Positions 19,955 through 31,644 of a DNA stretch of 64,000 nt are shown piece after piece. The DNA is from Candidatus Latescibacterota bacterium. GTDB taxonomy: Bacteria > Latescibacterota > UBA2968 > GCA-2709665. The stretch is taken from the NCBI GenBank assembly GCA_963667175.2, contig CAXXXF010000012.1, positions 96,001-160,000 on the forward strand, given 5' to 3'. The first letter of the stretch is position 1, and each line of letters starts with the position of its first letter. The notes below the pieces were generated by a model. The model was given only the letters and a program-made list of their open reading frames with translations, made no database searches and was not told the DNA's origin. A program made the position numbers and the translations under genes.

Positions 19955-20785
19955 TTATCTCTTGTTCTGCCTTCTAACGATAAGCTTGCTGGACTGTTTC
20001 TTTCGTTTTCTCGTTTTGTATCCCTTCGTAGGCACCCCCCAGGGCGTTACCGGATGCCCGCCGCCGGACGCCCGTCCCTCCCCGCCGCCATGCGGGTGAT
20101 CGATAGGATTCATCGCCACTCCCCTCACCGACGGCCGTCTCCCCAGCCACCTGTTTCGACCCGCCTTTCCCAGAACGACGTTTTCATGCTCCTGATTCCC
20201 CACCTGACCCACCGTGGCATAGCAGGCAACCGGAACGTACCGCACCTCGCCCGAAGGCAGGCGGAGCTGCGCGAACTTGCCTTCCTTGGCCATGATCTGG
20301 ATTTCAGATCCTGCCGACCGGCCCAACTGCCCTCCCTTGCCGGGCTGCAATTCGACGTTGTGAACATGCGTTCCCTGCGGGATGTTCTCCAGAGGCAGCG
20401 CATTGCCGGGCCGCACGTCGGCGTCGGGCCCGGATACGACCCGGACGCCAACGTTCAGTCCCGCGGGCGCCAGAATATACCGCTTCTCGCCGTCGGCATA
20501 GTGGAGAAGTGCAATTCGCGCGGAGCGATTCGGATCGTATTCGATTGAATTCACCGTTGCCGGAACACCCAGTTTGTTGCGTTTGAAATCGATGACACGG
20601 TAGTGCCGGCGATGTCCTCCGCCGCGACGACGGCTCGTGATGCGGCCCATGTTGTTGCGGCCGCCGCTCTTCCTGTTCGCCTCGACCAGGGACTTTTCGG
20701 GGTCGGAACGGGTGATTTCCTCAAACGAGGAGACGGTTTTGAACCGCAGAGAGGGCGTAAACGGTCGGAACGTTTTTACAGGCAT
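19955..20785 (-). CDS. rplB: 50S ribosomal protein L2
   Basis: [12 protein letters not shown] and [17 protein letters not shown]. Confidence 0.99.
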   Translation of the reverse strand: MPVKTFRPFTPSLRFKTVSSFEEITRSDPEKSLVEANRKSGGRNNMGRITSRRRGGGHRRHYRVIDFKRNKLGVPATVNSIEYDPNRSARIALLHYADGEKRYILAPAGLNVGVRVVSGPDADVRPGNALPLENIPQGTHVHNVELQPGKGGQLGRSAGSEIQIMAKEGKFAQLRLPSGEVRYVPVACYATVGQVGNQEHENVVLGKAGRNRWLGRRPSVRGVAMNPIDHPHGGGEGRASGGGHPVTPWGVPTKGYKTRKRKKQSSKLIVRRQNKR

Positions 20786-20788
20786 CGA

Positions 20789-21082
20789 TCAGGATTCTCC
20801 GAAAAAGTCAATGGCGTCGCCAGCCGCAAGCGTAATGATCGCCTTTTTCCAGCTGGCGCGACGGCCCTGAAACCGCCCCATTCTCTTCAGCTTTCCAGAT
20901 ACGGCCGACGTATTGACGTTCAGCACCCGTACATTGAACATCGCTTCGGCTGCCCTTTTGATTTCCAGCTTGTTGGCATCGACCCGAACTTCAAATACGA
21001 ACTTGTTGTGATCCTCCTGCAGTTCGGAAGCCCGTTCGGTGATCAGCGGCCTGCGGATGATCTCTCTGACGTCTTTTTTCAT
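20789..21082 (-). CDS. rplW: 50S ribosomal protein L23
   Basis: RPLITE, ANKLEIK and WKKAIITL. Confidence 0.97.
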   Translation of the reverse strand: MKKDVREIIRRPLITERASELQEDHNKFVFEVRVDANKLEIKRAAEAMFNVRVLNVNTSAVSGKLKRMGRFQGRRASWKKAIITLAAGDAIDFFGES

Positions 21083-21711
21083 GCCGACCCCCAGATGGCC
21101 CGCAGCCTTCCCAGGGCTTCCTGGGTGAAGACGACCGCGTCGGCGTTAACGACGTCGTACGTCGATACCTGTGCGACCGGCGCCACCCGGACGTTGGACA
21201 AATTCCGGCATGACTTCACGACATTCGGCGCCGCTTCCGGAGTGAGCAGCAGAACCTTTCGATCGTCGACTTCGATAGCCTGCGTCATCCCTGCCATCCG
21301 CTTCGTACGGGGCGCATCGAACGCAAAGTCTTCCACCACCTTGATCGCCCCGATCGGCGCCTTCAGTGAAAACGCCGACTTCAGGGCCAGACGCCGCACC
21401 TTCCTGGGCACACGCTCGCTCAACTCCCGCGGCCTGGGGCCGTGAGCGACCCCGCCACCGACGCGAATCGGGGACGACGCGGCGCCGGCTCTCGCTCGTC
21501 CGGTGCCCTTCTGCCGATACATCTTGCGCTTGCTGCGCCGGACTTCCGCACGGGTCTTGGCGTGTGCGTTGCCCTGGCGCTGATTGGTCATATACATCTT
21601 GACCGTTTGATATATGGCATTGTGGGACGGATCGATTCCGAAGATCGTCTCCGGGAGGTCGACGGATCCCACGACCTCGCCCTCGAGGTTCGTTACCTCA
21701 ACTGACGCCAT
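21079..21711 (-). CDS. rplD: 50S ribosomal protein L4
   Basis: RQG..KTRAEV, QKGTGRARAG and GGGVAHGPRPR. Real start is ATG 21711; the track ORF extension overlaps rplC. Confidence 0.97.
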   Translation of the reverse strand: MASVEVTNLEGEVVGSVDLPETIFGIDPSHNAIYQTVKMYMTNQRQGNAHAKTRAEVRRSKRKMYRQKGTGRARAGAASSPIRVGGGVAHGPRPRELSERVPRKVRRLALKSAFSLKAPIGAIKVVEDFAFDAPRTKRMAGMTQAIEVDDRKVLLLTPEAAPNVVKSCRNLSNVRVAPVAQVSTYDVVNADAVVFTQEALGRLRAIWGSA

Positions 21712-21728
21712 AACACGATAGGTTCCCG

Positions 21729-22355
21729 TTAATTGCGCTGCTTCTGCACCTTTACGATCCCGCCATTGGGCCCGGGCACCGCGCCCTTGAGCAGCAACAG
21801 GTTGCGCGTTTTGTCCACCCGCACGACCTTCAGCCCTTTCACGGTCTCCCGGCGATGGCCCATATGGCCTGCCATCCGCATCCCCTTGAACACCCGCGAG
21901 GGATCTGAACTCTGTCCGATGGATCCGGGCGCCCGATGCCGGTCGGACTGCCCGTGTGTTTTCGGACCGCCCTTGAAATGGTGCCTCTTGACCCCGCCCT
22001 GAAAGCCCTTGCCTTTGGTACGTCCGGTAACCGAGACGGTTTCTCCGGGCTCGAATATGCCGGAATCGAGGATCTGGCCGACCTCGAATTCCGACGTGTC
22101 GGCTACCCGGAACTCCTTCAGGACGCGGTGTGGGCCCGCTCCGGACTCCCTGAGAATGCCCAGGTGCGGCCGGGTAAGCCGCCGCTCTGAGGTCGCGCCG
22201 AAGCCGAGCTTCAGTGCGCGGTATCCATCCGACCCGTCCTGCTTGACCTGTACAACCGGACATGGCCCCGCCTCAACCACGGTTATGGGGACCAGGTTGT
22301 CGTCCTGGTCGTAGGCCTGGGTCATCCCGATTTTCGTTCCGATCAGTCCCAACAC
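21729..22355 (-). CDS. rplC: 50S ribosomal protein L3
   Basis: KIGMTQ, KGKGFQGGVKRH, HRAPGSIG and KGAVPG; probable GTG start at 22355. Confidence 0.98.
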   Translation of the reverse strand: MLGLIGTKIGMTQAYDQDDNLVPITVVEAGPCPVVQVKQDGSDGYRALKLGFGATSERRLTRPHLGILRESGAGPHRVLKEFRVADTSEFEVGQILDSGIFEPGETVSVTGRTKGKGFQGGVKRHHFKGGPKTHGQSDRHRAPGSIGQSSDPSRVFKGMRMAGHMGHRRETVKGLKVVRVDKTRNLLLLKGAVPGPNGGIVKVQKQRN

Positions 22356-22359
22356 GTCA

Positions 22360-22668
22360 CTAGGCCTTGATTTCAATGTCGATCCCCGCCGGCAGATCCA
22401 GTTTCATCAATGCATCGACCGTCTGAGGCGTCGAGTTGTGAATGTCGATTAAGCGCTTGTGTACCCGGGTCTCGAACTGCTCCCGTGATTTCTTGTCGAT
22501 ATTCGGGCCTCGAAGGACCGTGTACAATGAACGCTTGGTGGGCAATGGAATGGGACCGGAAATCAGGGCCCCGGTCCGTTTGGCCGTTCGCACGATCTCG
22601 TCGACGGACCGATCAAGGGCGAAATGATCATAAGCCTTCAACCGAATTCGAATTTTCTGTGCTGGCAC
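22360..22668 (-). CDS. rpsJ: 30S ribosomal protein S10
   Basis: [18 protein letters not shown] and KSREQFE. Confidence 0.99.
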   Translation of the reverse strand: MPAQKIRIRLKAYDHFALDRSVDEIVRTAKRTGALISGPIPLPTKRSLYTVLRGPNIDKKSREQFETRVHKRLIDIHNSTPQTVDALMKLDLPAGIDIEIKA

Positions 22669-22686
22669 CTGCCCCTCCGTCGGCCC

Positions 22687-22882
22687 TAGTGTTCTGTCCC
22701 GGAAATAAGTTGCCTAAATTCGGCCGTCGAGTCGCCCGTCTCGCAAGGCGCCAGAGCGCGGGCGACCTGGCCAGGTCGGCGAGCGAAGGCAACGCCGAGA
22801 GACGGGATGAATCGGCCTGCCTGCGGCGCAGTACGCTGCGCAGGCAGGCGGAAGAATGGTGAGGTATTTTTGGGACAGGACA

Positions 22883-22885
<3 letters not shown>
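22687..22885. mobile_element. MITE-like element family 1, copy A (195 bp, TA-flanked)
   Basis: TA + GTGTTCTGTCCCGGAAATA ... TATTTTTGGGACAGGACAC + TA, with 16/19 inverted-repeat identity. The right TA plus the first element base form the tuf TAG stop. Confidence 0.8.
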
Positions 22886-24079
<1,194 letters not shown>

Positions 24080-24172
24080 ATGACCTTCCTCCTGTGCAAA
24101 AAACGTCCCGAAAAACTATTTGTTGGGCTCTTGTGGTTGCCCGCCGTGAACGTGGAACGGGCGTCCCGATGG

Positions 24173-26242
24173 CTAGTTGTCGGTAAGTTCCTGTGCAAGC
24201 GCCTTGGGAATTTCCTGGAACCTTGAGAATTCCATTGAATAGATCGCGCGCCCCTGGGTCAGGGAGCGCAGGCGCGTGGCGTAGCCGAACATCTCGGTCA
24301 GGGGTACCATTGCCGTGATCACCTGAGCATCCGGACGGTTCACGATGCCCACGATGTGTCCGCGCCGGGCATTCAGGTCGCCCATTACGTCACCCATATA
24401 CTCTTCGGGTACGACGACCTCAACGTCCATCAGGGGTTCCATCAGGTACGGATCCGCTTTTCGGGCGCCGTCCTTGAACGCAATGGATGCGGCCACCTTA
24501 AACGCCACTTCCGAAGAATCGACGTCGTGGGACGATCCGTCGTATAGCACGACCTTTACGTCTTCCACCGGATATCCGGCCAGAACGCCGGACTGCATGG
24601 CCTCCCGAACACCCTGCCTGACAGCAGGGATATATTCGGTCGGAACGGACCCTCCAACGACCTTGTTCTCGAATACGAGGCCGCTTCCCGGCTCGCCCGG
24701 ACCCATCTCCAGCCAGACGTGGCCCCATTGCCCCCTGCCGCCCGTCTGCCGTACGAACCGCCCCTCGACTCTTACCGTCTCGCGAATCGCCTCTTTGAAG
24801 GTCACCTGCGGCTTGCCCACGTTGGCCGCAACGCGGAATTCCCGCATCAAGCGGTCAACGATGATCTCCAGGTGCAGTTCTCCCATACCCGAAATGATCG
24901 TCTGCCCGGTGTCTTCGTCTGTGGACACGTGAAACGTGGGGTCCTCTTCGGACAGCTTTCCCAGCGACGTCCCCAGCTGATCCTGGTCGGCCTTCGTCCT
25001 GGGCTCGATGGCCACGGACACGACCGGTTTCGCGAAGTCCATCGCCTCCAGAACCACCGGATGATCGATATCGCAGAGCGTCTCCCCCGTGGCCGTCGCT
25101 TTCAATCCCACGGCGGCTGCGATATCTCCGGTAACGACCTCATCGATTTCCTCGCGCTTGTTGGCGTGCATCTGGAGTACCCGGCCGATTCGTTCCCGTT
25201 TCCCTTTGTTGGAATTCCTTACGTACGAACCGGTTTTGAGACAACCCGAATAAACCCTGAAATAGGTCAGATGCCCCACGTACGGATCGGTCTTCACTTT
25301 GAACGCGAGTGCTGAAAACGGTTCGTCATGGGAAGGCGCCCGGGTTACCTCCGCACCCGAATCCGGATCGAACCCGTCTACCGCCGGGACGTCCAGCGGC
25401 GAAGGGAGATAGTCCAGAACGCCGTCAAGCAGGCGCTGGACGCCCTTGTTCTTGAAAGCCGACCCGCAGAATACGGGCACGGCGTGAACATTGATGGCTG
25501 CCAGACGAAGCGCCTGCCTGATTTCTTCTTCGGCGATTTGCTCGCCTTCAAGGAATTTCTCCATCAGCGTATCGTCGAAATCGGAGACCGCCTCCAGCAT
25601 CTGCTCGCGATAGGTCTGCGCACGGTCCATCAGGTCGTGCGGAATTTCGCTTTCGGTAAAGACCGTGCCCAGCGTGTCTTCCTGATAGGAGACCATTTTC
25701 ATCTTCACCAGATCGATCAATCCGGTGAATAACTCGCCCGCGCCCACGGGAATCTGCACCGGCACGAAATTCGAAGCCAGCCGTTCCCTCATCATTTCAA
25801 GTACGCGGAAGAAGTCGGCGCCCGTCCTGTCCATCTTGTTGACGAATGCAATCCGGGGCACCCTGTACTTATCGGCCTGTCGCCAGACGGTTTCCGACTG
25901 CGGTTCCACGCCGCCGACGGCGCAAAAGATCCCGATAACCCCGTCCAGAACCCTGAGTGACCGCTCTACCTCGGCCGTAAAGTCCACGTGTCCGGGCGTA
26001 TCGATGATGTTGATCCGGTGTCCGTCCCAGAAACAGGTGGTGGCGGCCGACGTGATGGTGATTCCCCGCTCCCGTTCCTGGTCCATCCAGTCCATTGTAG
26101 CGGCGCCGTCGTGCACCTCACCCATACGATGCAGCCGACCGGTATAGTACAGAATACGCTCGCTCGTGGTGGTCTTACCCGCATCGATATGCGCCATGAT
26201 GCCGATGTTGCGAATCCGTTCCAGTTGTTCTCTGCGTGACAT
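24173..26242 (-). CDS. fusA: Elongation factor G
   Basis: [21 protein letters not shown] and GMGELHLE; ATG 26242 (alternative 26254). Confidence 0.99.
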   Translation of the reverse strand: MSRREQLERIRNIGIMAHIDAGKTTTSERILYYTGRLHRMGEVHDGAATMDWMDQERERGITITSAATTCFWDGHRINIIDTPGHVDFTAEVERSLRVLDGVIGIFCAVGGVEPQSETVWRQADKYRVPRIAFVNKMDRTGADFFRVLEMMRERLASNFVPVQIPVGAGELFTGLIDLVKMKMVSYQEDTLGTVFTESEIPHDLMDRAQTYREQMLEAVSDFDDTLMEKFLEGEQIAEEEIRQALRLAAINVHAVPVFCGSAFKNKGVQRLLDGVLDYLPSPLDVPAVDGFDPDSGAEVTRAPSHDEPFSALAFKVKTDPYVGHLTYFRVYSGCLKTGSYVRNSNKGKRERIGRVLQMHANKREEIDEVVTGDIAAAVGLKATATGETLCDIDHPVVLEAMDFAKPVVSVAIEPRTKADQDQLGTSLGKLSEEDPTFHVSTDEDTGQTIISGMGELHLEIIVDRLMREFRVAANVGKPQVTFKEAIRETVRVEGRFVRQTGGRGQWGHVWLEMGPGEPGSGLVFENKVVGGSVPTEYIPAVRQGVREAMQSGVLAGYPVEDVKVVLYDGSSHDVDSSEVAFKVAASIAFKDGARKADPYLMEPLMDVEVVVPEEYMGDVMGDLNARRGHIVGIVNRPDAQVITAMVPLTEMFGYATRLRSLTQGRAIYSMEFSRFQEIPKALAQELTDN

Positions 26243-26247
26243 TTCGT

Positions 26248-26715
26248 CTACCAACGATAGTGTGCGAACGCCCTGTTTGCCTCGGCCATGCGGTGGGTTT
26301 CTTCTCTTCGCTGCATCGCCCGCCCGCGACCGCTCGCCGCGTCCATCAATTCACCCGCGAGGCGCTGTGACATGGTTTTCTCGCCGCGCCCGCGCGCGAA
26401 CGTAATCAGCCAGCCGATCGATAGAGAAAGCCGCTCATCCGACCGTACTTCGACCGGCACCTGGTAGGTCGTGCCGCCCACGCGCCGGGATTTCACCTGA
26501 ATGATCGGCTTGGCGTTTTCTACCGCCTGCTCGAAAACTTCCAGGCCCGTCTTGTCCGACCGTTCGGCGACCAGGTCCAGCGCGCGATACAATATCTTCT
26601 CGCCGATGCTTTTCTTGCCCTTTCGAAACAGGCTGTTTACGAACTGCGTCACCAGAACGCTGCCGTACTTGGGATCGGGTGAAAGCGCTCTCTTCTCGGC
26701 CCGCCTTTTTCTCAT
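26248..26715 (-). CDS. rpsG: 30S ribosomal protein S7
   Basis: [14 protein letters not shown] and [15 protein letters not shown]; ATG 26715. Confidence 0.99.
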   Translation of the reverse strand: MRKRRAEKRALSPDPKYGSVLVTQFVNSLFRKGKKSIGEKILYRALDLVAERSDKTGLEVFEQAVENAKPIIQVKSRRVGGTTYQVPVEVRSDERLSLSIGWLITFARGRGEKTMSQRLAGELMDAASGRGRAMQRREETHRMAEANRAFAHYRW

Positions 26716-26803
26716 AACGCCCTCAAAACAAGGGGGACACACCGTTTGCTGCCAACTCCAGCGTTATCCCCCGAAACAAACCCTTACTTGAAACCCGCAA
26801 GCC

Positions 26804-27175
26804 CTATTGAGGCGTCTTGGCGCCGTATTTGGACCGACCCTGTTTCCGGTCGGAGACACCGGTCGTGTCCAGTACGCCACGGATAATATGGTAACGAACC
26901 GACGGCAGATCCCGCACCCGGCCTCCCCGGATGAGCACAACCGAGTGTTCCTGAAGGTTATGGCCTTCGCCAGGGATATAAGCTGTGACCTCCATCCCAT
27001 TCGTCAGGCGGACGCGGGCAACCTTACGCAGAGCTGAGTTCGGCTTCTTGGGGGTTGTGGTGTACACCCTCGTACAGACGCCGCGCTTCTGCGGACACGC
27101 CCGCAATGCCGGGGCGGACGACCGCTTCGCCTTCAACTTGCGCCCTTTGCGCACCAGCTGGTTGATGGTGGGCAA
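26804..27175 (-). CDS. rpsL: 30S ribosomal protein S12
   Basis: [20 protein letters not shown] and [10 protein letters not shown]; TTG start with AGGAGG SD. Confidence 0.99.
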   Translation of the reverse strand: MPTINQLVRKGRKLKAKRSSAPALRACPQKRGVCTRVYTTTPKKPNSALRKVARVRLTNGMEVTAYIPGEGHNLQEHSVVLIRGGRVRDLPSVRYHIIRGVLDTTGVSDRKQGRSKYGAKTPQ

Positions 27176-27254
27176 AACAACCTCCTGTATGGTTCACATC
27201 CGGGCCAACATGGTCGACGTTGCCGCTCACGGCTAAATTCGGCCACAGACTTGC

Positions 27255-27283
27255 ATTATACCAATTTAAGGCTTACTTGTCAA
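27255..27283 (-). promoter_or_regulatory. Perfect-consensus sigma70 promoter of the str/S10 operons
   Basis: TTGACA (27283-27278), 17 nt spacer, TATAAT (27260-27255), with TGn. The -35 contains the rpoC TGA stop. Confidence 0.85.
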
Positions 27284-30200
27284 GCATTTATCGGCGGAAG
27301 ACCGACGTTTTCGAGACCCTCGTCGGGGACCTCCTCGGCATCCCTCTCCAGAGACACCGCCTGGACCTCGCGATACCGTTCCGAACCGGTCCCAGCCGGA
27401 ATCAGGTGCCCTATGATCACGTTTTCCTTCAATCCGAGCAGGCCGTCCATCTTGCCCTGAACGGAAGCCTCCGTCAAGACGCGCGTGGTCTCCTGGAACG
27501 ACGCGGCTGAAATAAAGCTGTCGGTCATCAGCGAGGCCCTAGTAATGCCCAGCAACACCGGGTGGAACGTGGCCGGATCGCCGCCTTCGGCAATCACCTT
27601 GTCGTTTTCGTCGCGGAAGCGGAAGCGGTCTACCGTTTCTCCTTCCAGGAAATTGGTATCGCCCGGATCCGTAACCTGGACCTTTTGCAGCATCTGGCGA
27701 ACGATGCACTCGATATGCTTGTCGTTGATCCGGACGCCCTGCATGCGATACACGGCCTGGATCTCGTTCACCAGATATTCCTGCACCGCCTGAATACCCT
27801 GAATCTGCAATATGTCGTGCGGATTCACCGACCCTTCGGAAAGCTGTTCGCCGGCCTGCACCCGGTCGTTTTCCTGAACCCGGAGGTGTTTTCCATAGGG
27901 AATCGTATATTTCCGCTCTTCTCCGTCGTCAGACGTGACGATCACCGTCCTGGAACCCCGAACGAGTCCGCCGAAACTGACTGTACCGTCGATTTCCGTG
28001 ACCACGGCGGGATCCTTGGGGCGCCGCGCCTCGAAGAGTTCCGCGACGCGGGGCAGCCCGCCGGTGATGTCCCGCGTCTTGCTGCGTTCACGGGGGATCT
28101 TCGCCAGGGTATCGCCGGCGCCGATCCGGTCCTCGTCGCGCACCACGAGACGAGCGCCTACGGGAATAATGTAGTGGCCGACTTCATCGCCCGCGGCGTC
28201 GACAATGCGAATTCGCGGAGAGAGCGTACGGTCGCGGTGCTCGGTAACCACCTGTGCCGCCAGACCCGTGGTCTCATCGGCCTCTTCGCGGTAAGTTACC
28301 CCTTCGACAAGGTCGACGAATTCGACGATGCCCGGCCGGTTGGAGACGATAATATTGTTGTAGGGATCCCATTCGTACAGAACCTGGCTCTCGTCCACCG
28401 TCTGCTCGTGCTCGACTTTCAACACGGCGCCGTAGGGCACGTAATAGTGACCGCCCCGGGGACGTCCCTGATCGTCCTGTACATCGAACTCGCCGTTTCT
28501 GCCGACCGCAATGCGCTGCCCGTCGCTGCGGGTAACGCAGTCGATGTTGATGAACCGCACCATGCCGGCCCGCTTGGCGACGATTTCGGCCTGCTCCGCG
28601 ATTCGGCTGGATGTGCCGCCGATATGGAAGGTACGGAGCGTGAGCTGGGTGCCGGGCTCACCGACGCTCTGTGCGGCAATCACTCCGACTGCCTCGCCGA
28701 TGTCGACGAGCCTTCCAGTGGCGAGATTACGACCATAGCACTTGGCGCAGATGCCCCGCCGGGCTTCGCACGTCAGTACCGAACGCACGTTCACTCGTTC
28801 CACGCCCGCATCGGCGATTCTGGCGGCGGTCGCCTCGTCGAGCAGCATACCGCTTTCCACGATGATCTCGCCTCCAATTGGATCGTAAACATCCTCCAAC
28901 AGGGTTCGGCCGACGATGCGATCCGCCAGGGGCTCGACCACCTCCTCGCCCTCTTTGAGCGCTTCGAGTTCAATGCCCATGATCGTGCCGCAGTCGCCTT
29001 CGTTGATCACGCCGTCCTGCGCCACGTCCACCATACGGCGGGTAAGGTACCCTGCCTCAGCGGTTTTCAGCGCCGTATCGGCCAGCCCCTTTCTCGCCCC
29101 GTGCGTGGATATGAAGTACTCCAGTACCGAAAGGCCCTCTTTAAAGGAGGCAACGATGGGCGTTTCGATGATTTCCCCGATCGCTCCGGTGAGCTTCTTC
29201 TGGGGTTTGTTCATCAGCCCGCGCATACCGCCCAGCTGTTTCACCTGATCATCGCTGCCGCGAGCGCCGGAGTCTTTCATGATGTAGATGGAGTTGAAAC
29301 CCGCCTCGGAATGCTCAAGCGCCTCGTTCATCATTTCGGCGATATTGTTCGTGGTGTGCTGCCAGACGTCGATGACCTTGTTGTATCGCTCGCCCTCGGT
29401 GATGACGCCGTGGACGTACTGCTGCAGGATTCGATCGACCTCGCCTTTGGCTCTGTCGATGAGTTCCTGTTTCCTGGGCGGAACCACGACGTCGTCCATC
29501 GAGACAGTCACGCCGGACTGGGTGGCGTAGTCGTAACCCAGGCGCTTCAGGCCGTCGGCGAATTCCACGGTTGCCCGATTGCCGAATCGCCGATGGACGT
29601 CGGTGGTTACTTTCTGTATCACCGGCTTGTCAACCATCTGATTGATAAAGGGCATCCCGTCGGGCAGGATCTCGTTGAAAATCACCTGGCCTACGGTGGT
29701 CGTCAGCAGTTCGCCGTCGACCCGGACACGAATGGCTTCGTGAAGGTCGATCTTGCCGTAATCGTGCGCAATTAGCGCTTCATTGGGGCTTCCGAACGCC
29801 TTGAGTTGCTTCCCGTCGGGCTGCTGGACGATTTTGGTCAGATAATAACAGCCCATGGCGATGTCCTGCGGGTTGTGCACGATCACCGCCGATCCGTCCG
29901 CCGGCTTGAGCATATTGTTCGCGGACATGATCAGGATTCGGGCTTCGATCTGCGCCTCGAATGACAGGGGCACGTGGACGGCCATCTGGTCGCCGTCGAA
30001 GTCAGCATTGAACGCCGCGCACACCAGAGGATGAATTCGAATCGCCTTTCCTTCCACAAGCACGGGCTGGAACGCCTGGATGCCCAGCCGATGCAGCGTG
30101 GGCGCACGGTTCAGCAGGACGTAGTGATCCTGAATGATGTCTTCGAGAATGTCCCATACCTCGACCCGTTCGCGCTCGACCAGCTTTTTCGCGCTCTTCA

Positions 30201-31368
30201 CGGTCTGGACCAATCCACGCTCTTCCAGTTTTTTGATGATAAACGGCTTGAACAATTCAAGCGCCATGTGCTTCGGAAGCCCGCATTGATGCAGCCTGAG
30301 ATTGGGGTCGACGACGATGACCGACCGGCCGGAATAGTCAACCCGCTTGCCGAGCAGATTCTGGCGGAAGCGGCCCTGTTTTCCCTTGAGCAGATCGGAG
30401 AGCGACTTCAGGGAACGGTTGCCGTCGCCGCGCACTGCGCGAGACCTGCGACCATTGTCGAAGAGCGCGTCGACAGCCTCCTGAAGCATGCGTTTCTCGT
30501 TGCGGAGGATTACTTCCGGCGCTTTGATTTCGATCAGTTTCTTCAACCTGTTGTTTCGGTTGATGACCCTGCGGTAAAGATCGTTCAGATCGGACGTGGC
30601 AAACCGCCCGCCCTCCAGAGGGACCAGCGGTCGAAGGTCCGGTGGAATCACGGGAATGACGTCCAGAATCATCCAGGACGGGTGATTGTCGGACTGCCGA
30701 AACGCCTCGACGACCTTGAGCCGTTTCAACGCCTCCTGTTTACGCTGAACGGAGGTTTCCATGCGCGCCTGTGTGCGCAACTCGGCGGAAAGTTCCTCAA
30801 CGTCAATTTCGCTGAGCAGTTTTCTGAGCGCGACCGCGCCCATGTCTGCGGTAAAGTTGTATCCCTTCGCTTCAAGTTCAAATGCCTCGTCTTCGGAGAG
30901 AAGGTCCTTATACTTCAGATCGGGCGCGTCGCCCGGATCCAATACAACGTAAGACTCGTAATAGATGATCCGTTCAAGATTGCGAATGGTGATGTCCAGC
31001 AGATAGCCCATGCGGGAAGGCAGCGACTTGAAGAACCAGATGTGCGAAACCGGCACCGCCAGTTCGATATGGCCCAGACGCTCGCGTCGCACCTTGGACT
31101 GGGTGACTTCGACGCCGCACCGGTCGCAAACCACGCCCCGGTAGCGAATCCTCTTGTATTTGCCGCAGCTGCATTCCCAATCTTTGACCGGACCGAAGAT
31201 GCGTTCGCAGAAGAGACCGTCGCGTTCCGGCTTGAACGAGCGGTAATTGATGGTTTCCGGCTTGGTCACCTCACCGCGGGACCAGCCCTGAATCGTTTCC
31301 GGAGAAGCCAGCTGAATACGGATCGAATTGAACTCTGTGGGCCGCTTGGAAGTGTTGATGTCCGCCAC
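27280..31368 (-). CDS. rpoC: RNA polymerase beta' subunit
   Basis: [12 protein letters not shown] catalytic motif, Zn-ribbon cysteines and GEPGTQLT. Confidence 0.99.
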   Translation of the reverse strand: MADINTSKRPTEFNSIRIQLASPETIQGWSRGEVTKPETINYRSFKPERDGLFCERIFGPVKDWECSCGKYKRIRYRGVVCDRCGVEVTQSKVRRERLGHIELAVPVSHIWFFKSLPSRMGYLLDITIRNLERIIYYESYVVLDPGDAPDLKYKDLLSEDEAFELEAKGYNFTADMGAVALRKLLSEIDVEELSAELRTQARMETSVQRKQEALKRLKVVEAFRQSDNHPSWMILDVIPVIPPDLRPLVPLEGGRFATSDLNDLYRRVINRNNRLKKLIEIKAPEVILRNEKRMLQEAVDALFDNGRRSRAVRGDGNRSLKSLSDLLKGKQGRFRQNLLGKRVDYSGRSVIVVDPNLRLHQCGLPKHMALELFKPFIIKKLEERGLVQTVKSAKKLVERERVEVWDILEDIIQDHYVLLNRAPTLHRLGIQAFQPVLVEGKAIRIHPLVCAAFNADFDGDQMAVHVPLSFEAQIEARILIMSANNMLKPADGSAVIVHNPQDIAMGCYYLTKIVQQPDGKQLKAFGSPNEALIAHDYGKIDLHEAIRVRVDGELLTTTVGQVIFNEILPDGMPFINQMVDKPVIQKVTTDVHRRFGNRATVEFADGLKRLGYDYATQSGVTVSMDDVVVPPRKQELIDRAKGEVDRILQQYVHGVITEGERYNKVIDVWQHTTNNIAEMMNEALEHSEAGFNSIYIMKDSGARGSDDQVKQLGGMRGLMNKPQKKLTGAIGEIIETPIVASFKEGLSVLEYFISTHGARKGLADTALKTAEAGYLTRRMVDVAQDGVINEGDCGTIMGIELEALKEGEEVVEPLADRIVGRTLLEDVYDPIGGEIIVESGMLLDEATAARIADAGVERVNVRSVLTCEARRGICAKCYGRNLATGRLVDIGEAVGVIAAQSVGEPGTQLTLRTFHIGGTSSRIAEQAEIVAKRAGMVRFINIDCVTRSDGQRIAVGRNGEFDVQDDQGRPRGGHYYVPYGAVLKVEHEQTVDESQVLYEWDPYNNIIVSNRPGIVEFVDLVEGVTYREEADETTGLAAQVVTEHRDRTLSPRIRIVDAAGDEVGHYIIPVGARLVVRDEDRIGAGDTLAKIPRERSKTRDITGGLPRVAELFEARRPKDPAVVTEIDGTVSFGGLVRGSRTVIVTSDDGEERKYTIPYGKHLRVQENDRVQAGEQLSEGSVNPHDILQIQGIQAVQEYLVNEIQAVYRMQGVRINDKHIECIVRQMLQKVQVTDPGDTNFLEGETVDRFRFRDENDKVIAEGGDPATFHPVLLGITRASLMTDSFISAASFQETTRVLTEASVQGKMDGLLGLKENVIIGHLIPAGTGSERYREVQAVSLERDAEEVPDEGLENVGLPPINA

Positions 31369-31644
31369 GGGCCTTACCCCCTTTTTGCGATCGAAATTCT
31401 AACCTCGATTCGTCATTTTTCGGGAACGTTAATTCGAATATACGCGATTGAATAAAGGCAATTTGACGTCGGATTTCCACGAACCTTCAGGTCACTGGAC
31501 GTGAACGGAGAAAACGTCGCCCAGGACGACCTTTACGCCCGGTTTCGCGCCGCTACCCCTTGTGCCGATTGTGCTTTTTGTGGCTGATTTAACGGTTGTC
31601 TCTTTTCGAATTGAGGCCAAAAGTGACAACCCGGCCAGTGAACG

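Noticed and set aside
21712-22263. Apparent 180-aa N-terminal extension of L4 in the ORF track
   Set aside because: It overlaps rplC in another frame; L4 homology starts at ATG 21711.
27562-31455. Long plus-strand ORFs (737 aa and 493 aa) opposite rpoC, and similar ones opposite tuf, the r-protein genes, batD and moxR
   Set aside because: Antisense shadows expected from high-GC codon bias; no recognisable motifs.
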